DNA from: Tricharina praecox
Lineage: Eukaryota
Length of the DNA: 64,000 nucleotides
Direction: 5' to 3'
Assembly (NCBI RefSeq): GCF_024521635.1
Contig: NW_026250421.1
Span: 62,001 to 126,000, forward strand
The first letter of the stretch is position 1. Each line of letters starts with the position of its first letter. The translations under genes and the position numbers were made by a program. Of the stretch, positions 37,804 through 50,565 are shown one piece after another. A model generated the notes under the pieces. The model searched no databases, was not told where the DNA came from, and saw nothing but the letters and a program-made list of their open reading frames with translations.

Positions 37804-39214
37804 CGCGGCGACTGCAGGTTTCCACTGGAGAAGCAGCGACAGGGAAGCCTGGTTGAGAGATGAGGTCGGTCAAAGAAGCGTCGAAGGGACGCGGTCTTCT
37901 CGGTCGGGGGTTGGCGGGTATTTGGATGAGGAGAGGCAGAGAAAGAATCAGAGAATCTAGGTGAGGATGGAACTTCCTCTGCGTGTAAGCACAGCAGAAG
38001 GTGGTGGAGGAAGGCAAGTCGGGTCGCTGACGGTGGGCTGTGGGACGCGACGGCGAGCGGCGGACTCGAGTTGCATCGATTTGGGAGGATTGGCGACAGG
38101 GTTTCAGGATGAGCGTGGCGGATGTAGTTAACCAGCAAGGGACTCAGGTAAGCCAGCCGCAGTCAGCCGAGTTCCGGCCTTTTTATCGTACATACGAAGA
38201 TAATGTGTGGGCAGAATTAAATGGAGACCACCGAGGAGTGGAGAGAATCTTGAGTGATCTTTGAAGGGTAAATCATATTTACTGACTCGAGCAATAACTG
38301 CGCAGAACGAGAACCACACCACCAGAAAACCAGCGGATGTAAACTCAGCGCACCTGTAAAACAAGTACCTACACTTGAAGTCAACCGCTCGAGCGGCTTT
38401 TCATGAACATCTACTGAAGGACACTTAAGTGTGGCTGTCCGGTCATATACATAGGCCATTGAAGCATTCGTCTCGGACATAGTTCGGAGTTTAAGAAGAT
38501 CTTCTTAGTGGTATCCTCTCTGTGAATCCCTAGTAATGTATCTGTCGTTGCTATCTGGCCTTCCTTCCTTGGATTGAATTGCTGCAACTTGGCCGGCGAG
38601 GCTACATACAAGCTGTCAAGCTCCCATTCTCTTGACATCGTTCTTCTGTCTGCTTGGTCAGGCCGATCCGCCTACCCCTAATTTCGCCCCCTCTTCCATT
38701 TGCCTCGACTCTTTACTCCTCTTCTTTCCTACTGAATTTTTTTAATTTCTTTTTAAGCCGCTGCTCGCACGGCTCGCCGCTTTGTCCTCACCATATTTTA
38801 CCTCCTTTTCTCTCTGCTTTGGGTTGGTCGACTGCTTCTGCCACAATCTGCCACCACCGACACAGCCTCACTCGTTGATATTTCGAGTCATATCTCATGT
38901 CGCTTAGTAACCAACAGAAGGGACGCATGCGTGTGGTTTTCACCACCAGATTTATATTGAGAGCCAGATCTGCTTTATTATGTAGATTCAGTGATTTGTC
39001 CAACATGGGCAATGTATCCGAGCAACACCATGTAGTATGTAGATATGAGATGTGAGTAAAGCGGTCCACCTGATTCCTACGTAGCTGGGATGGAATGGCC
39101 ATGCCCCTGCATCCACCATGAGGCTCTAACCACCCAGACGGCATCATCCCGCCGTTCGCTTCCCCGGACACAACATCCCCCTCCCCCGCAATCTTCACCC
39201 TCCACCTCGAAAAC

Positions 39215-40394
39215 ATGTCGAAAACCACCCTCGGTCTGATCGCAGCTGCCAGCGCGGCCACCGGTGCCGCTTGCACCGCAATTTTCCTCTCCAGCAGAAA
39301 GCCCGCGCCTGCGCCCGCACAGCCCTCGCCCCCGGCAAACATTGCGGCTGGGTTGGCGCGTCAAAAGTTAGAACGACAGCCTTCTACCTTGGTAGACCCC
39401 GCCGGTCTGTTTCGATATGGTGTGTTTGTACCGCCGAATTTCTTCGACACTTTTCCGTCTCCATTCCTCCATAGTCACAGAACCGGTTTACTGATAGACG
39501 GTCCGTGTGGAATAGGCTTTCCCGGCCCGGTGAACGACCTCGCGACGCGACACGCCCTCATCTCCAGTTATGACCGGCGCACTCGGAACCCGCACTGGGT
39601 AAGATCTCGCCCAGCCCAAGCGCAGCGGGTTGGGATCGTCGTTGACTCTCGCGGAATCTAGGTAGTGGAGCACATCACCCCCGAATCACTAGCCACCAAG
39701 GGCGGAGACCGCAAGCACAGCCAGTTCCTCGAGGATGAGTCCGGTATACCTTACGCTTGCAGCACGCTGTGCCCGACTGTTGGTTGACGTGCGGTGATAT
39801 GTAGTTCCGGAGATGTTCCGCGCAAAGCTGCACGACTACTTCCGCAGCGGCTACGACCGCGGCCACCAGGTTCCCGCCGCCGACTGCAAATTCAGCCAGG
39901 AGGCGATGGATGCCACCTTCTATCTGACGAACATGTGTCCGCAGGTCGGCGAAGGCTTCAACCGCGACTACTGGGCGCACTTTGAAGACTTCTGCCGCCG
40001 GCTGACGACAAAGTACCCGTCCGTCCGCATCGTCACCGGCCCGCTATACCTCCCCAAGCAGCACCCCGATGGAAAATGGCGCGTCTCCTACGAGGTCATC
40101 GGAAATCCCCCAAATATAGCCGTTCCAACACATTTCTACAAAGTCATTGTTGCCGAGGACGGTAGCACAAATGGTCCGGTGGCGGTTGGCGCATTCGTGT
40201 TGCCGAATGCTCGCATCACGAATAAGACCCCGCTCACCGAGTTTGTTGTTCCGCTCGAGATAGTGGAGCGTGCGAGTGGACTGGAATTCTTGAAGGCGCT
40301 TCCCAACGCCAGGATGAAGGAACTATGCCAGGAGATTCAATGCGACATCACCGTGCGAGAGTTCAACAACGCGAAGAAGGCTGCGAAGTTGTAG
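39215..40394 (+). CDS. NUC1: Mitochondrial DNA/RNA non-specific nuclease (EndoG; multi-exon)
   Basis: YG|FPGPVNDL, YDRRTRNPHW|VVEHIT, SGYDRGHQVPAAD active site, FYLTNMCPQVGEGFNRDYWAHFE, VPTHFYKV. Confidence 0.96.
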
Positions 40395-40814
40395 GTAGCA
40401 GACAAATGGACAGTATATGATAGTCAACCCAACATGCTTTAAGCATTTGAGTTCGGAGCGTGCATGTATTTCCCCATTGTTTTTTTCCACGTTGGACATG
40501 AGAACCGGATGAAGCGGTTGAGCTATTAGACTTTCCGCAGGTGGTCTCTCCTTCGGCTTTTATCGTCCGTCCGGATCTGGTGCATATTCAAGAGCTTGGG
40601 GTGTGAGATGATAACGATCCAGAAGTTTAATCATAGAAAAATGTACCCCAACTGAAAGGAATTCGTAAATGTATATGCAGTGACAGCACATGATTGCTGC
40701 AGCCAACCCAGTACATAGTAGGGCCCAGGGGGTATACGGGGGCAATATCGCGGTTCCTTGCCAGAATATTTTCGATTTGTTCGCCAATGGAGCGGGCGAC
40801 GGGGGAAGGAATGC

Positions 40815-41535
40815 AACGTGCCGTGGCCGTGATGTCCCGGTGGACAAGTGAGGGTCTTACTGTATCAGGGCCTTCCGCATCTACTATATCTACCTGCGGG
40901 GGAGAGTCCCGTGAGCTGTCACAATCGAGAAGATTCAAGAGGGACCTACCTATCCACCCTGACGCAATCATGTCAGTTTCTTCGGAGGCCTCCCGAGTCC
41001 CTTTCCCCACAGCGATCATTTCGCCGAAAGCCCGGTAGTCCGGGACACCCGTTGTTCGGGAACCCAGCGATGCTGCGGCAGAACCAGACCGGGGGGAGGA
41101 GTTTTTTTTTCTCACTCGCATTATCCTCCGAATCCCGGTGCAGCTGGCTTTTGTTTTGTTTCATCATCATAGCATTCGACCTTAGCAGATCATGGCTATA
41201 TACACACATCCGGTTCCACCTCACTGTCTCTGACTGCTGGCCGCGAGCTCGATGTGGGTTCCCTATTGCTCTCCGCCCGGCCCATCCGCGCATAAAAAGG
41301 AAAGACGGAAAGAAAGAACAAATGAGATGACAAAATGGAACGGAAAGGAAAAGCGTCAGTCTTTCTCAACACCCCACATCAAAGCTCCCTTTCCCAGCCA
41401 ACTCCTCCAGCTAGTTTAACGCCTCATCTCTTCCCGCGTATGCCGGAATCTCCGGCCGGCTCGCCCGTACACTTTCCTCCGCTCTTGCTCTCACCGAGTC
41501 CCAGTCTATCACTCTGTCCGGGCCCGTGCGGCTGG
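40815..41535 (-). ncRNA. Candidate long structured non-coding RNA (rod-like fold-back core; true ends unknown)
   Basis: Collinear series of short nested inverted matches, e.g. 41058-41066/41255-41263, 40959-40965/41353-41359, 40873-40880/41440-41448, 40829-40842/41492-41512. Non-canonical pairs are mostly G-U on the minus strand. No convincing ORF. Folding was done by eye. Confidence 0.45.
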
Positions 41536-42638
41536 CGGGAGTTCTTCACGGAGGTTGGTGGCGCTCTTAAACGTGCTCGAGTGATCGGAAGGGTTTGTCC
41601 TAAGTTTCCAACGGAGGCGAGGGGAGCGTAGTGACATGTCGGGATTCAAATTTCAGAGACGGCCGTGGGGCGGGGTGGAGAAGGTCGTGCTTGGTGGATG
41701 TGAAGGTGGAGGTGGAAATGATGACAATGTCGGAAATCGTCACGAATCACGATTAGCCGGCTGGAGGTGGAAATGAGTGGAGAGAGAGAGATATCTTCCT
41801 TTTTATTTCGCATGCAGCCTATCTAGACTATGGCGAAAAGGAGATAAGTGGATGTGGAGCGAATAAGAGTCCAGCACCCGGGCAGCGAGTGAGAGATGTG
41901 AAACTCATAAACCTGCCAACAGTTTGGCTGTTCAGCTAAGTGTTAGTAGCTTATCTTATACCAGCCAGACCGAGTAGTAGCGCCATGTACGGGCAAAGTG
42001 AATGGTGGGTGCAAGACCTCAGACAAGGTGAAAGCCGCGAACTGGTTATTCAGCAGTTGGTTTTGTGCAGTTCTGTTGGTTCAAGTTGAATGGCTGGTGC
42101 AGTTTTCTTTCGAAATCTCAGCCGGTTAGACAATTAAAATGCTTTGAACTGGTAATGGCCTCTGGTCCACCCAGACTCCCAGAGGGGGAAATCTGAAGTT
42201 GAAAGATGAGGGGCGATTCATCAATTATCACACTAGACAAACTCGACGGTGTCCTTGTCAAGCAGAAGTGCTGGCTTGCTGGAAAAGGTCTGGTTGGTAC
42301 GGGAATTCAATGACAGTAAACCCGCCAGCGGAGAACCGGGGATAGGTGGAAGTCACATGAGTGATGAGAGGACTCGAAGAACGGGGATGGGCAAACGCGA
42401 GCGGTAAGAATAGATAAAAGGTTTGCTACGTAAACAATATCATCCATACAACTAATTGTTACTACTGAATTGTGTCATATTCACGATTATTCTCCGGTGA
42501 GAGAGTAAATGAAACAATATGGATCAAACTAGAGTGAGTGATGAGAGTCGCAAGATATATTCATAAAATATCACTCTATGAACGAAAACGTTTTGGTACC
42601 CATTAAAATTTCCCAGATTTTATTATGTTGATGTTGCT

Positions 42639-44904
42639 TTACGCCAGCTTCGCCTGCTCTTTCTTCTTGTAGGGAATGAATCTGGTCAGATTCATCAACG
42701 CTTCGTCAGCGCGTAAGCGGAGCTCGGGGAACCTCTTTCTATCGATCCTCTTAACCTGGGGACATGTTAGTATTGAAAGATAGGTGAGTACGAGTATTCC
42801 TTACCATAGTTCTGATCCCAGGAAGATCTGCTTCGAGGTGCTTCAGGAATTGCAACTCCACGAAGACTGGGCGATCGTACTGGTACTCGACATCGGCGTA
42901 GATATCAAAGATGGCGTTGAGCGCTTCGACAACAGCCGGCGCTGGAGTTAGTGGCGAGGCAGTGATCAGCCCCATAAGGAAGATTCCGACATCCTGCGTG
43001 GAGCCAATCCGTTAGTAAAGATACGCGCTGGTACTGCTGCGTCTGGGGCAAGGCTGCAAACCTTGTTCACATCGATTCGGTCCTGTGGCATCGCAAGACA
43101 CCCTAGGATACCCACGCACTTTGTGCGCAACTCATCGGTGGTTGCAGCCTGGTATAGGCTGATGAACGACTTGTGCAGCACCCCACCCTGCAGGTCCAAT
43201 ACGCCTTCCGACGCCTTGGCGACGGCCCAGGCCACACCAGCAACTGCGTCCGCGAGAGCGATATCGGCAGTGTTTGCGGTCAGGACAGGAGCGATAACAA
43301 CATTCCAGATAGTCTTGACATGGCTATGCCATTTTGATGATAGACGGGGACGTGAGGTTATAGCAGCGTCGAGCGTCCAGGCAATATTGTTTAACGCCGC
43401 TAGCGCACGGAGCTGGATCTTGGTGAGGGATGCGGGAAGAGAAGGCTTGCAGAGGAGGATTACGGCCGGCGTAGTCGACTCAAGCAGGTATTGCAGGATC
43501 TTGTCTGCGCCACTGTAGAGGTCTGAGCTGTCTTCCACCGTTGTCATGTCCATGTCTTCTCGCAAGTCCTCAATGTCATCGGCCATCTGCTCATCCTCGC
43601 CGTCTGATGGGGCGTTCTCATCGATAAACTCTGGCTCCGGGTTTGCGGCCGGTGGCACTGCGTCTTCGAGCTCATAGCCTACCGAGGTTGCAATCGATGC
43701 CACTACTTCGAGCGCGATTTCTGCGGCGCGGAGCCCCGCCACGTCGTCGGACGAAGCGCGTGAGGGGTCGTACGAGGTAACAACGTAGGAGGCAGTGTTT
43801 TTGATGTAGGAGGTGAGGTTGGGGAGTAATAGGGCATCGGTGAGGTCTGTCTCGAATTCCGTTGGTGCGAGTGAGAGATTGTGTAAGACAGCTAATGATT
43901 ATCAGCAAACAGGTCCAGGCGTGGCCACGAGAGAATACGAACCGCATGCACACATCTGTACCATGGGAGAATTGTCGTCCTTGAGCTGGATCAATTGTGG
44001 GACATATTGAGATTGCTCTTCAATTATCTTTGACGTGAGAGGATCGTTGTCTTCGGTCAAGGAGCTCAAGCATTGGATCGCAATCGATCTGATTTCCTCC
44101 GGCACGCTGATTCCAGGCTTTAGGAGACCTAGAAGAATGGGAAGTATGTCGATCTTCGATATTGCGTCCAGAGCCTGCTCACTCTCCTCACTGGAGATAT
44201 TTCAGCATCACCACATCATCACATCGCCGCATCGCCGCAACACCACATCACCGCAACACCACATCACCGCAACGCCGCAACACCACCATCAGCAAACAGA
44301 GCAGTTGGCGCTTTCCCTACTGACCTTAGGCATTTCAGAAGACCGATAACACTCTCCGTTAAGGACCATATATTCCGTGCCGTGTTTGCGTCCGCCTTCG
44401 AAGGATCCAGCGCGATAGGCTCTATACTCACAGCGAGCTGGTGCCATTAACTCATGTCTACATCCACACCAAAAAAGCGATGACGCAAACCTTTTCTAGA
44501 ACTGCCTTTATTTTAGAGAGCACATCTTTCCTGTACATGTTTATACAATGATCGTAGCCCTCCTCCTTCGCAATAATATAGAGGGCGCGCCACGCCAGCA
44601 CCACCACATCCTCTGAAGTGTCGTGCACCGAATCGTCCATGAGCTTCGCCACGATCCTCTCCTTCAGTAGTAAGAACCGACACGTGTCATCTCCGAGTAG
44701 TTCGGTGCATGCTCTTGACAGAGCAGCTGCGCGGTCAGCCGCGCTGGCAGAGCCCAGACTTTTGATGATGGGGAGGATTGTGGATTTGTGGAGTGCATCA
44801 GTTTGCGGAGTCGCTGGAGGTGCCGGTTTCTTTGGCCGAGCGCCGGTGGGGTCGCTGGCCTTGCGAGCGTCAGGTTTTCTGGGCTTTTTTGTTGCTTTCC
44901 CCAT
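42639..44904 (-). CDS. ARM/HEAT-repeat protein, Syo1 (symportin-1)/HEATR3-like (multi-exon)
   Basis: MGKATKKPRK, ILPIIKSL.SA...R, LLLKERIV, EEGYDHCINMYRKDVL, acidic loop, LNNIAWT, ALNAIFDIYAD..YD.PVF, LRADEALMNLTRFI.YK. Confidence 0.75.
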
Positions 44905-45181
44905 GGCTGCGGATTCGTTTTCGAAGAGACTGCGGGGGAGGAGGAGGGGGATTGGTGGAAGCGGGCTCTGAACTTTTTTTTTTGTTGGTTGTATCACCTG
45001 AGACCAGCGCTCCAAAACTGCAAAGGAAAAATTTCCCCTGCCGCCAAGAGGTTACACAGGCACGTGTACGGAAAAGAGCTTGTACGCGAGAATGCGAAAC
45101 TACGCGTCTCCCCAACAAGCTCCCGTTCGCGTTCACTATCGCCCACGAATCACACCTCACGCCTCACGACACTGCACTAAA
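44905..45181. promoter_or_regulatory. 277-bp bidirectional promoter (SYO1-like/MLH1) with MCB-like elements
   Basis: ACGCGA at 45084, ACGCGT at 45102 and TCGCGT at 45127, between divergent ATGs at 44904 and 45182. Confidence 0.55.
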
Positions 45182-48100
45182 ATGGCTACTCCACAACGAA
45201 TCAAGGTGAGCCGTGTTGGTTCTGCACCGTCCGGCGCATGTAGCTGACATTGCGCGGCCAGGCTCTGGACCAAAATGTCGTCAACAAAATTGCCGCTGGC
45301 GAGATCATCGTAGCTCCCGTCAATGCGCTCAAGGAGCTGATCGAGAATTCGGTGGATGCTGGATCCACATCGATCGAAATCGTCGTCAAAGATGGAGGCT
45401 TGAAGCTACTTCAGATCACGGACAACGGCTCAGGGATAAATGTTGCTGCCCCGTTTTATGTCTCCTATGGGATGACCTTGCTAAGCTCTCTCGTGTTCAG
45501 CGTGACGACCTACCAATCCTTTGCGAGCGGTTCACGACATCAAAGCTCAAGGCCTTCGAGGATCTCACGTCGATAGGGACGTATGGGTTTCGCGGCGAGG
45601 CGCTGGCCAGCATCAGTATGATTGCACATCTGACAGTCACCACGAAGACAAAGGACTCGAACACTGCATGGAAGTAAGGAACCCCAAACGTCATACTCGT
45701 ATATTTGGTATTGAAGCGAGCACAGAGCCGTATACGCCGATGGAAAGCTTGCACCCCCGAAGCCTGGACAGAGTGCAGATCCCAAACCTTGTGCTGGTAG
45801 GCAGGGAACGCAAATTACAGTACGGACAATCCACCCATTACGTCGACTCCGCCTAGTTCTAACAGTGGAGACATTCAGGTTCAGGATCTGTTTTACAATA
45901 CTCCCAGTAGACGGCGAGCGTTCCGGAGTACGTCGGATGAATACCTCAAGATCCTGGATGTTGTTGGTCGCTACGCGGTTCACTGTGAAGGAGTGGCTTT
46001 CTCGTGTAGGAAGGTATTTTGGCCTGCCGTTGGTATACGCTTGTAGGGCATTGCGCTGATGGGGCCTGTCTGTACAGCAAGGCGATGGCGGCGTTGGCCT
46101 GTCCACCACGTCCACTGCCAACGTCGTGGAACGTATCCGGCGTATTCACGGGAGCGCAGTCGCCAACGAAGTCGTCGAATTCTCAGTATCGAACAAGGCG
46201 CTGGGATTTAAGGCGAAAGGGATGCTGAGCAATGCCAATTACCACGTCAAGAAAACCACGTTGCTGCTCTTCATCAACGGTAGCCTTCACTCCCTACCGA
46301 CATCTAACCCTTGCTAACGGACTCAGGTCGCTCGGTCGAGTCGTCGGCCATCAAGAAGGCGATCGACGCGACGTATTTGACGTTCCTTCCCAAGGGCGGG
46401 CACCCCTTCGTTTACCTCTCCATTGAGATCGAGCCCGACCGCGTCGATGTGAACGTACACCCCACAAAGCGCGAGGTGAACTTCCTTCACGAAGACGAGA
46501 TCATAGAAAAGATCGCCGAAGCGATACAAGAGCAGCTCGCAGCAGTCGACACATCGAGGTCGTACACCTTGACGCAGACCGTGCTACCTGGGACACAGCC
46601 ACAGTCTGTTGTAGCCTCGCGCGTTGGCCAGGGACGACAGCAAAAAGATGCGAACCCAAGCTTCAAGCCGCCTACGACCAAAAAGACCTATGAGAACAAT
46701 ACTGTGCGGGTTGACCACCGCGATCAGAAGATCACATCGATGCTGCTGCCCGCCGTCCGCGACCCCGGCGGTGTCGGAGGAGGCGCAGAAACAACCGAGT
46801 ACGAGTATGACGACGGACGAGAGTGGGAGGAAGTTACCTATTCCACCGTTAAGACCCTACGGAAAGCAGTTCGCGAATCCGCACACAGCGGCCTTGCTGA
46901 GTTGTTTCTCGGCCACATCTATGTGGGGCTGGTGGACGCGCACAAAAGGCTCGCCGCAGTACAACACGGTGTCAAGCTCTACCTTGTCGACTATGCGGCC
47001 GTGTGTTACGAGATGTTCTATCAGATTGGCCTGTCGGATTTCCGCAACTTCGGGCAGATACGTTTCAACCCACCACTGTCGCTGCGCGAACTTCTCCAGA
47101 TTGCTGCGGACGAGGAGCAGGAGTCGAGAAACGCCCAGACCGGCGGAGCGACACCGGCGGGGAGGCCTAGTAAGCCGGGCCGCAGCGATGACGGCGGAGA
47201 AGACGGTGGGGGAAGCAGAGATGACGATGATGTCGTGATGGGTGACAGTGACACACCGTTGGATCTGCACAGCAACAGCCACGACGAAGGATTTAATTGG
47301 GAAGGTGCCACTCAGGTATGAGCCACCCTCAGCCGCAGCCGCAGCAGTCCTCTCCATGCAGCCAGCCCGCGCAAGCCCGCATCCCCCCAGTGCCTACCCT
47401 ATTAAATTGTTTATTGGAAATCAAAAACATCCTTGCACGCGCGTGGGCGATGTGTGGTGTGGTGATATCGTGGGACGGCTTTTGTTTGGCTGCGAGGGTT
47501 CAAGGCAGCAAAGCACATCGTTGACTCTGCATGGTGCATACAGATCGTCGAGAATACCCTCAGGAAGCACAGAGTAATGCTTCGCGATTACTTTTCGCTC
47601 GAAATCAACGATGACGGCGAGCTGGTAAGCCTGCCACTGCTCCTCAAGGGATACATGCCCTCTCTCGGAAAACTTCCGGCCTTCTTACTCCGACTGGGTC
47701 CCAACGTGAGTAATCTTTCTTTCTTTATTTTTACTTTTTTATTCCCGCCTTATTTTTAAGCTTCTTCTGGAATTTTTTGACGTTGCATTGTTCTTTGCAT
47801 TGTTCTTTGCATGGCTTCGCTTGTAGGAGGCGGCAAGCCGGCGCCGGGCGCGGCGCTACGATCGTGCGTCTGGTGTTTCTGTTTCGACGGCGTCATCGTG
47901 CATGACATGCCGGCCGTCTCCACCATTCGCCGCGTTCTCGGTGTTTCCAGCTCGCGCTCGTCTCGTCTCTTGCAGGGCCCTCGTGCCATGCGAGAAACAC
48001 ATGGCAGCGAAACGCGGGCCGAAGAAGAAACGACACCTTCCCCTTGCCACTTGCCTCTCTCTTACCTAACTCCACATGACACACGCGTTCTCTGCTCTCC

Positions 48101-48661
48101 CGCCTCCCCCAATGTCCCCGGGCAAGGGTTCGGAGAAGGGGGGAAAAAGCAAAACGCCGCCGTCGCCGTGTTCGCACTTTTTTTTGTCTCGGTCGCTGTG
48201 AACGCCGCGGTCTACAAGCTACGCCCTACATTCCACGATTTTTTTTCTCTGCATTTATGTATGTCTCGGAAACGTCAGACGAAAAGGCATCTACCGAGAC
48301 ATGTTTCAATGCATCCGTTCCGCTAGTCATGCCGTTTTTTTCTCCTTTGCTTTTCCCTCATCGCTGTTCCGTCCGTTGTCTTGTTTCTGACACATGCATC
48401 TACGATATGTAGGTGGTATGGAACTCCGAAATGGAATGTTTCCAGACGTTTCTGCGGGAGCTAGCGCTATTCTACGTTCCCGAACCCATCCTCCCAAACT
48501 CCGAAGAAAAGGAAAAGGAGTTGGCCGTGATCCTCGAAACCGTCATCTTCCGGGCGTTCCGGAAGCGGCTCGTACCGACGACTGAGCTCTTGGCCGGCAA
48601 CACGGTAACGGAGATTGCGAATCTGAAGGGGCTGTATCGGATCTTTGAACGGTCCTGCTAG
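45182..48661 (+). CDS. MLH1: DNA mismatch repair protein MLH1 (multi-exon)
   Basis: [59 protein letters not shown]; last exon 48413-48661 ends [13 protein letters not shown]. Confidence 0.97.
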
Positions 48662-50565
48662 CTGCTATGTGCGGTATGTAGAGTGTGCCCTGTAGCTGCC
48701 TAGATTGTTTTCGGGAAGGGATGGGATGCGGTGGGAAGGGGATGGGAATGGGACCGACGGCCCGAGGTCGATGTGGAATAAGCAAAAAGCTATGTACCGA
48801 CCTACCGACCTACCGACCTTATACCTAGCAAGCTAGCTATCTTTTGTTTTTCTTTCTCTCATGTCAGCCCCAAGTTCCAAGTTCCAACATCCTGACTCCT
48901 GACGCGAACGGACGGCAAGTGAAGTGAGGTGAGGTGAAGTGAAGTGAAGCAACGCAAAGTAGAAGTAACGCACGGAGCCCAGTCAGCCGCATCCGTCTGC
49001 TTGGAAAAGTTGGGAGGGATCTGGTTAGGGAGTTCATCCCCCCATGGAAAAAAAACCCTCCTCCCCACCCCCTGCCACCGATGAACCAGCCATCCAGCCA
49101 TCCATCCAGCTCCGTCCCGTCCCCGGCAAAATGCGCATTCGCTGCGACGCTGCGATACTGCTGCAAACAGCTTAACTTCCGGTCGAAACATCAAATATTG
49201 GACGAACAGTGCAGTCAGTGCTGTGCAGCGCAGCAGTGCAGCAGTGCATAAGGGCATACACGCATGCATGCATATGATTGTGAACGAACGCGCGCCCAAC
49301 TACCCCCACCCTCCCCGATGTGATGCATGGCCCCCTTCCTCCCTTCCTGCCTCCCTCTCTCCCTCCCTCCTACCGTCCGATGCATACCCCCCGGGGGCCG
49401 GAGCAGACAGGACCCACAGGGCGGTAGTTATGTAGGCACTTGGCTGGGTGCATGGGATGGGATGGATGACTCCTCCTCCTCCGTTCACTCCGTTCGCTCC
49501 TTCGCTCCTTCTGCCTGCCGCTCTCAGGGCTAAACGAGGTTTCCCAGGGCCAGGTATGCATGGGGATGCATGCAGGCAAAACTCTGAAACGCGTGCAATC
49601 CTGGAACTCGGGAATGGAAGGCAAGGAAAGAAGCAGAAGAAAAAAAAGAACAGAACACGAAACAAAGTTGCCCAGTACCATCACAGTTCGGTTGGTTTGG
49701 TGAGAAATTTTTTGTTACTTGCAATGTGTTTGATACCTCTTGCTAGCTAGTACCCTATGTATGTACCGGCAGATACCAATCTTCCCCTTCCCCTTCCCCT
49801 GACCAAGGCTGAAGGAGGCCCACCCCCCAAATCCCATCCCATCCCATCCCTCCCCATGCCATACCCGGCCTCCACATTATTCCTCCTCCGCATTGTTTCC
49901 TTCCTCCGCTCTTTCCCCTTGCCTGGCCCCCAACCGAATATCCCATCCGTCTCCCATCCCAAAATCCCTATCCTCCATCCAATCCCGGTTCTATATTACA
50001 GTACAGCAAGTATTGTACCCACAAATTAAAAGATGTAGTAAGGGAGAAGACCCCCAAAAAACACCTCCCATATCATCCTGCCTTTCCGTCGAGACCAGTC
50101 TCTAAGGAAGAGGTAGGGAGAATGGGGGTGAGATGACAAGAAAAGGAAATAAACCAAAAAACATTCGCCTGTGAAAAGAGCTGTCTCCAAAAACCGACCG
50201 AGAGGTATCTATGATGTAAAAGAGAAAGGAAAAAAATGAAAAACTGTATCCCCGATGTCTAGTAGCCCAAGCACGAATAAAGGAAATCCCAAGGAAATAA
50301 AGAAATTCTAAGTCGAAACGCCTGATATCCGGAAAAAAGGAAAAGGAAAGAAAACACCGTGTTGTCCCCGTTGTATGATATTATGTACTCGCCGAATCCG
50401 AACCGACGGATCGACCAGGAGGGTGGGAGAAGCTGTATGTTCTGCCGCGCGGATCTATTAATGTACAATCCCTCCGCTGAGAGTGGTGTGTGGTCGTAAG
50501 AAACGTGAAATCGAAAACTTTTTTGAAGGAGACGAGGCTGAGGAGCCGTATTAGGTGGATGTGAA

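Noticed and set aside
41506..41637. 42-codon minus-strand ORF ending TGA TAG as an A-to-I stop-readthrough gene
   Set aside because: Another in-frame TGA follows within four codons and no domain is recognisable.
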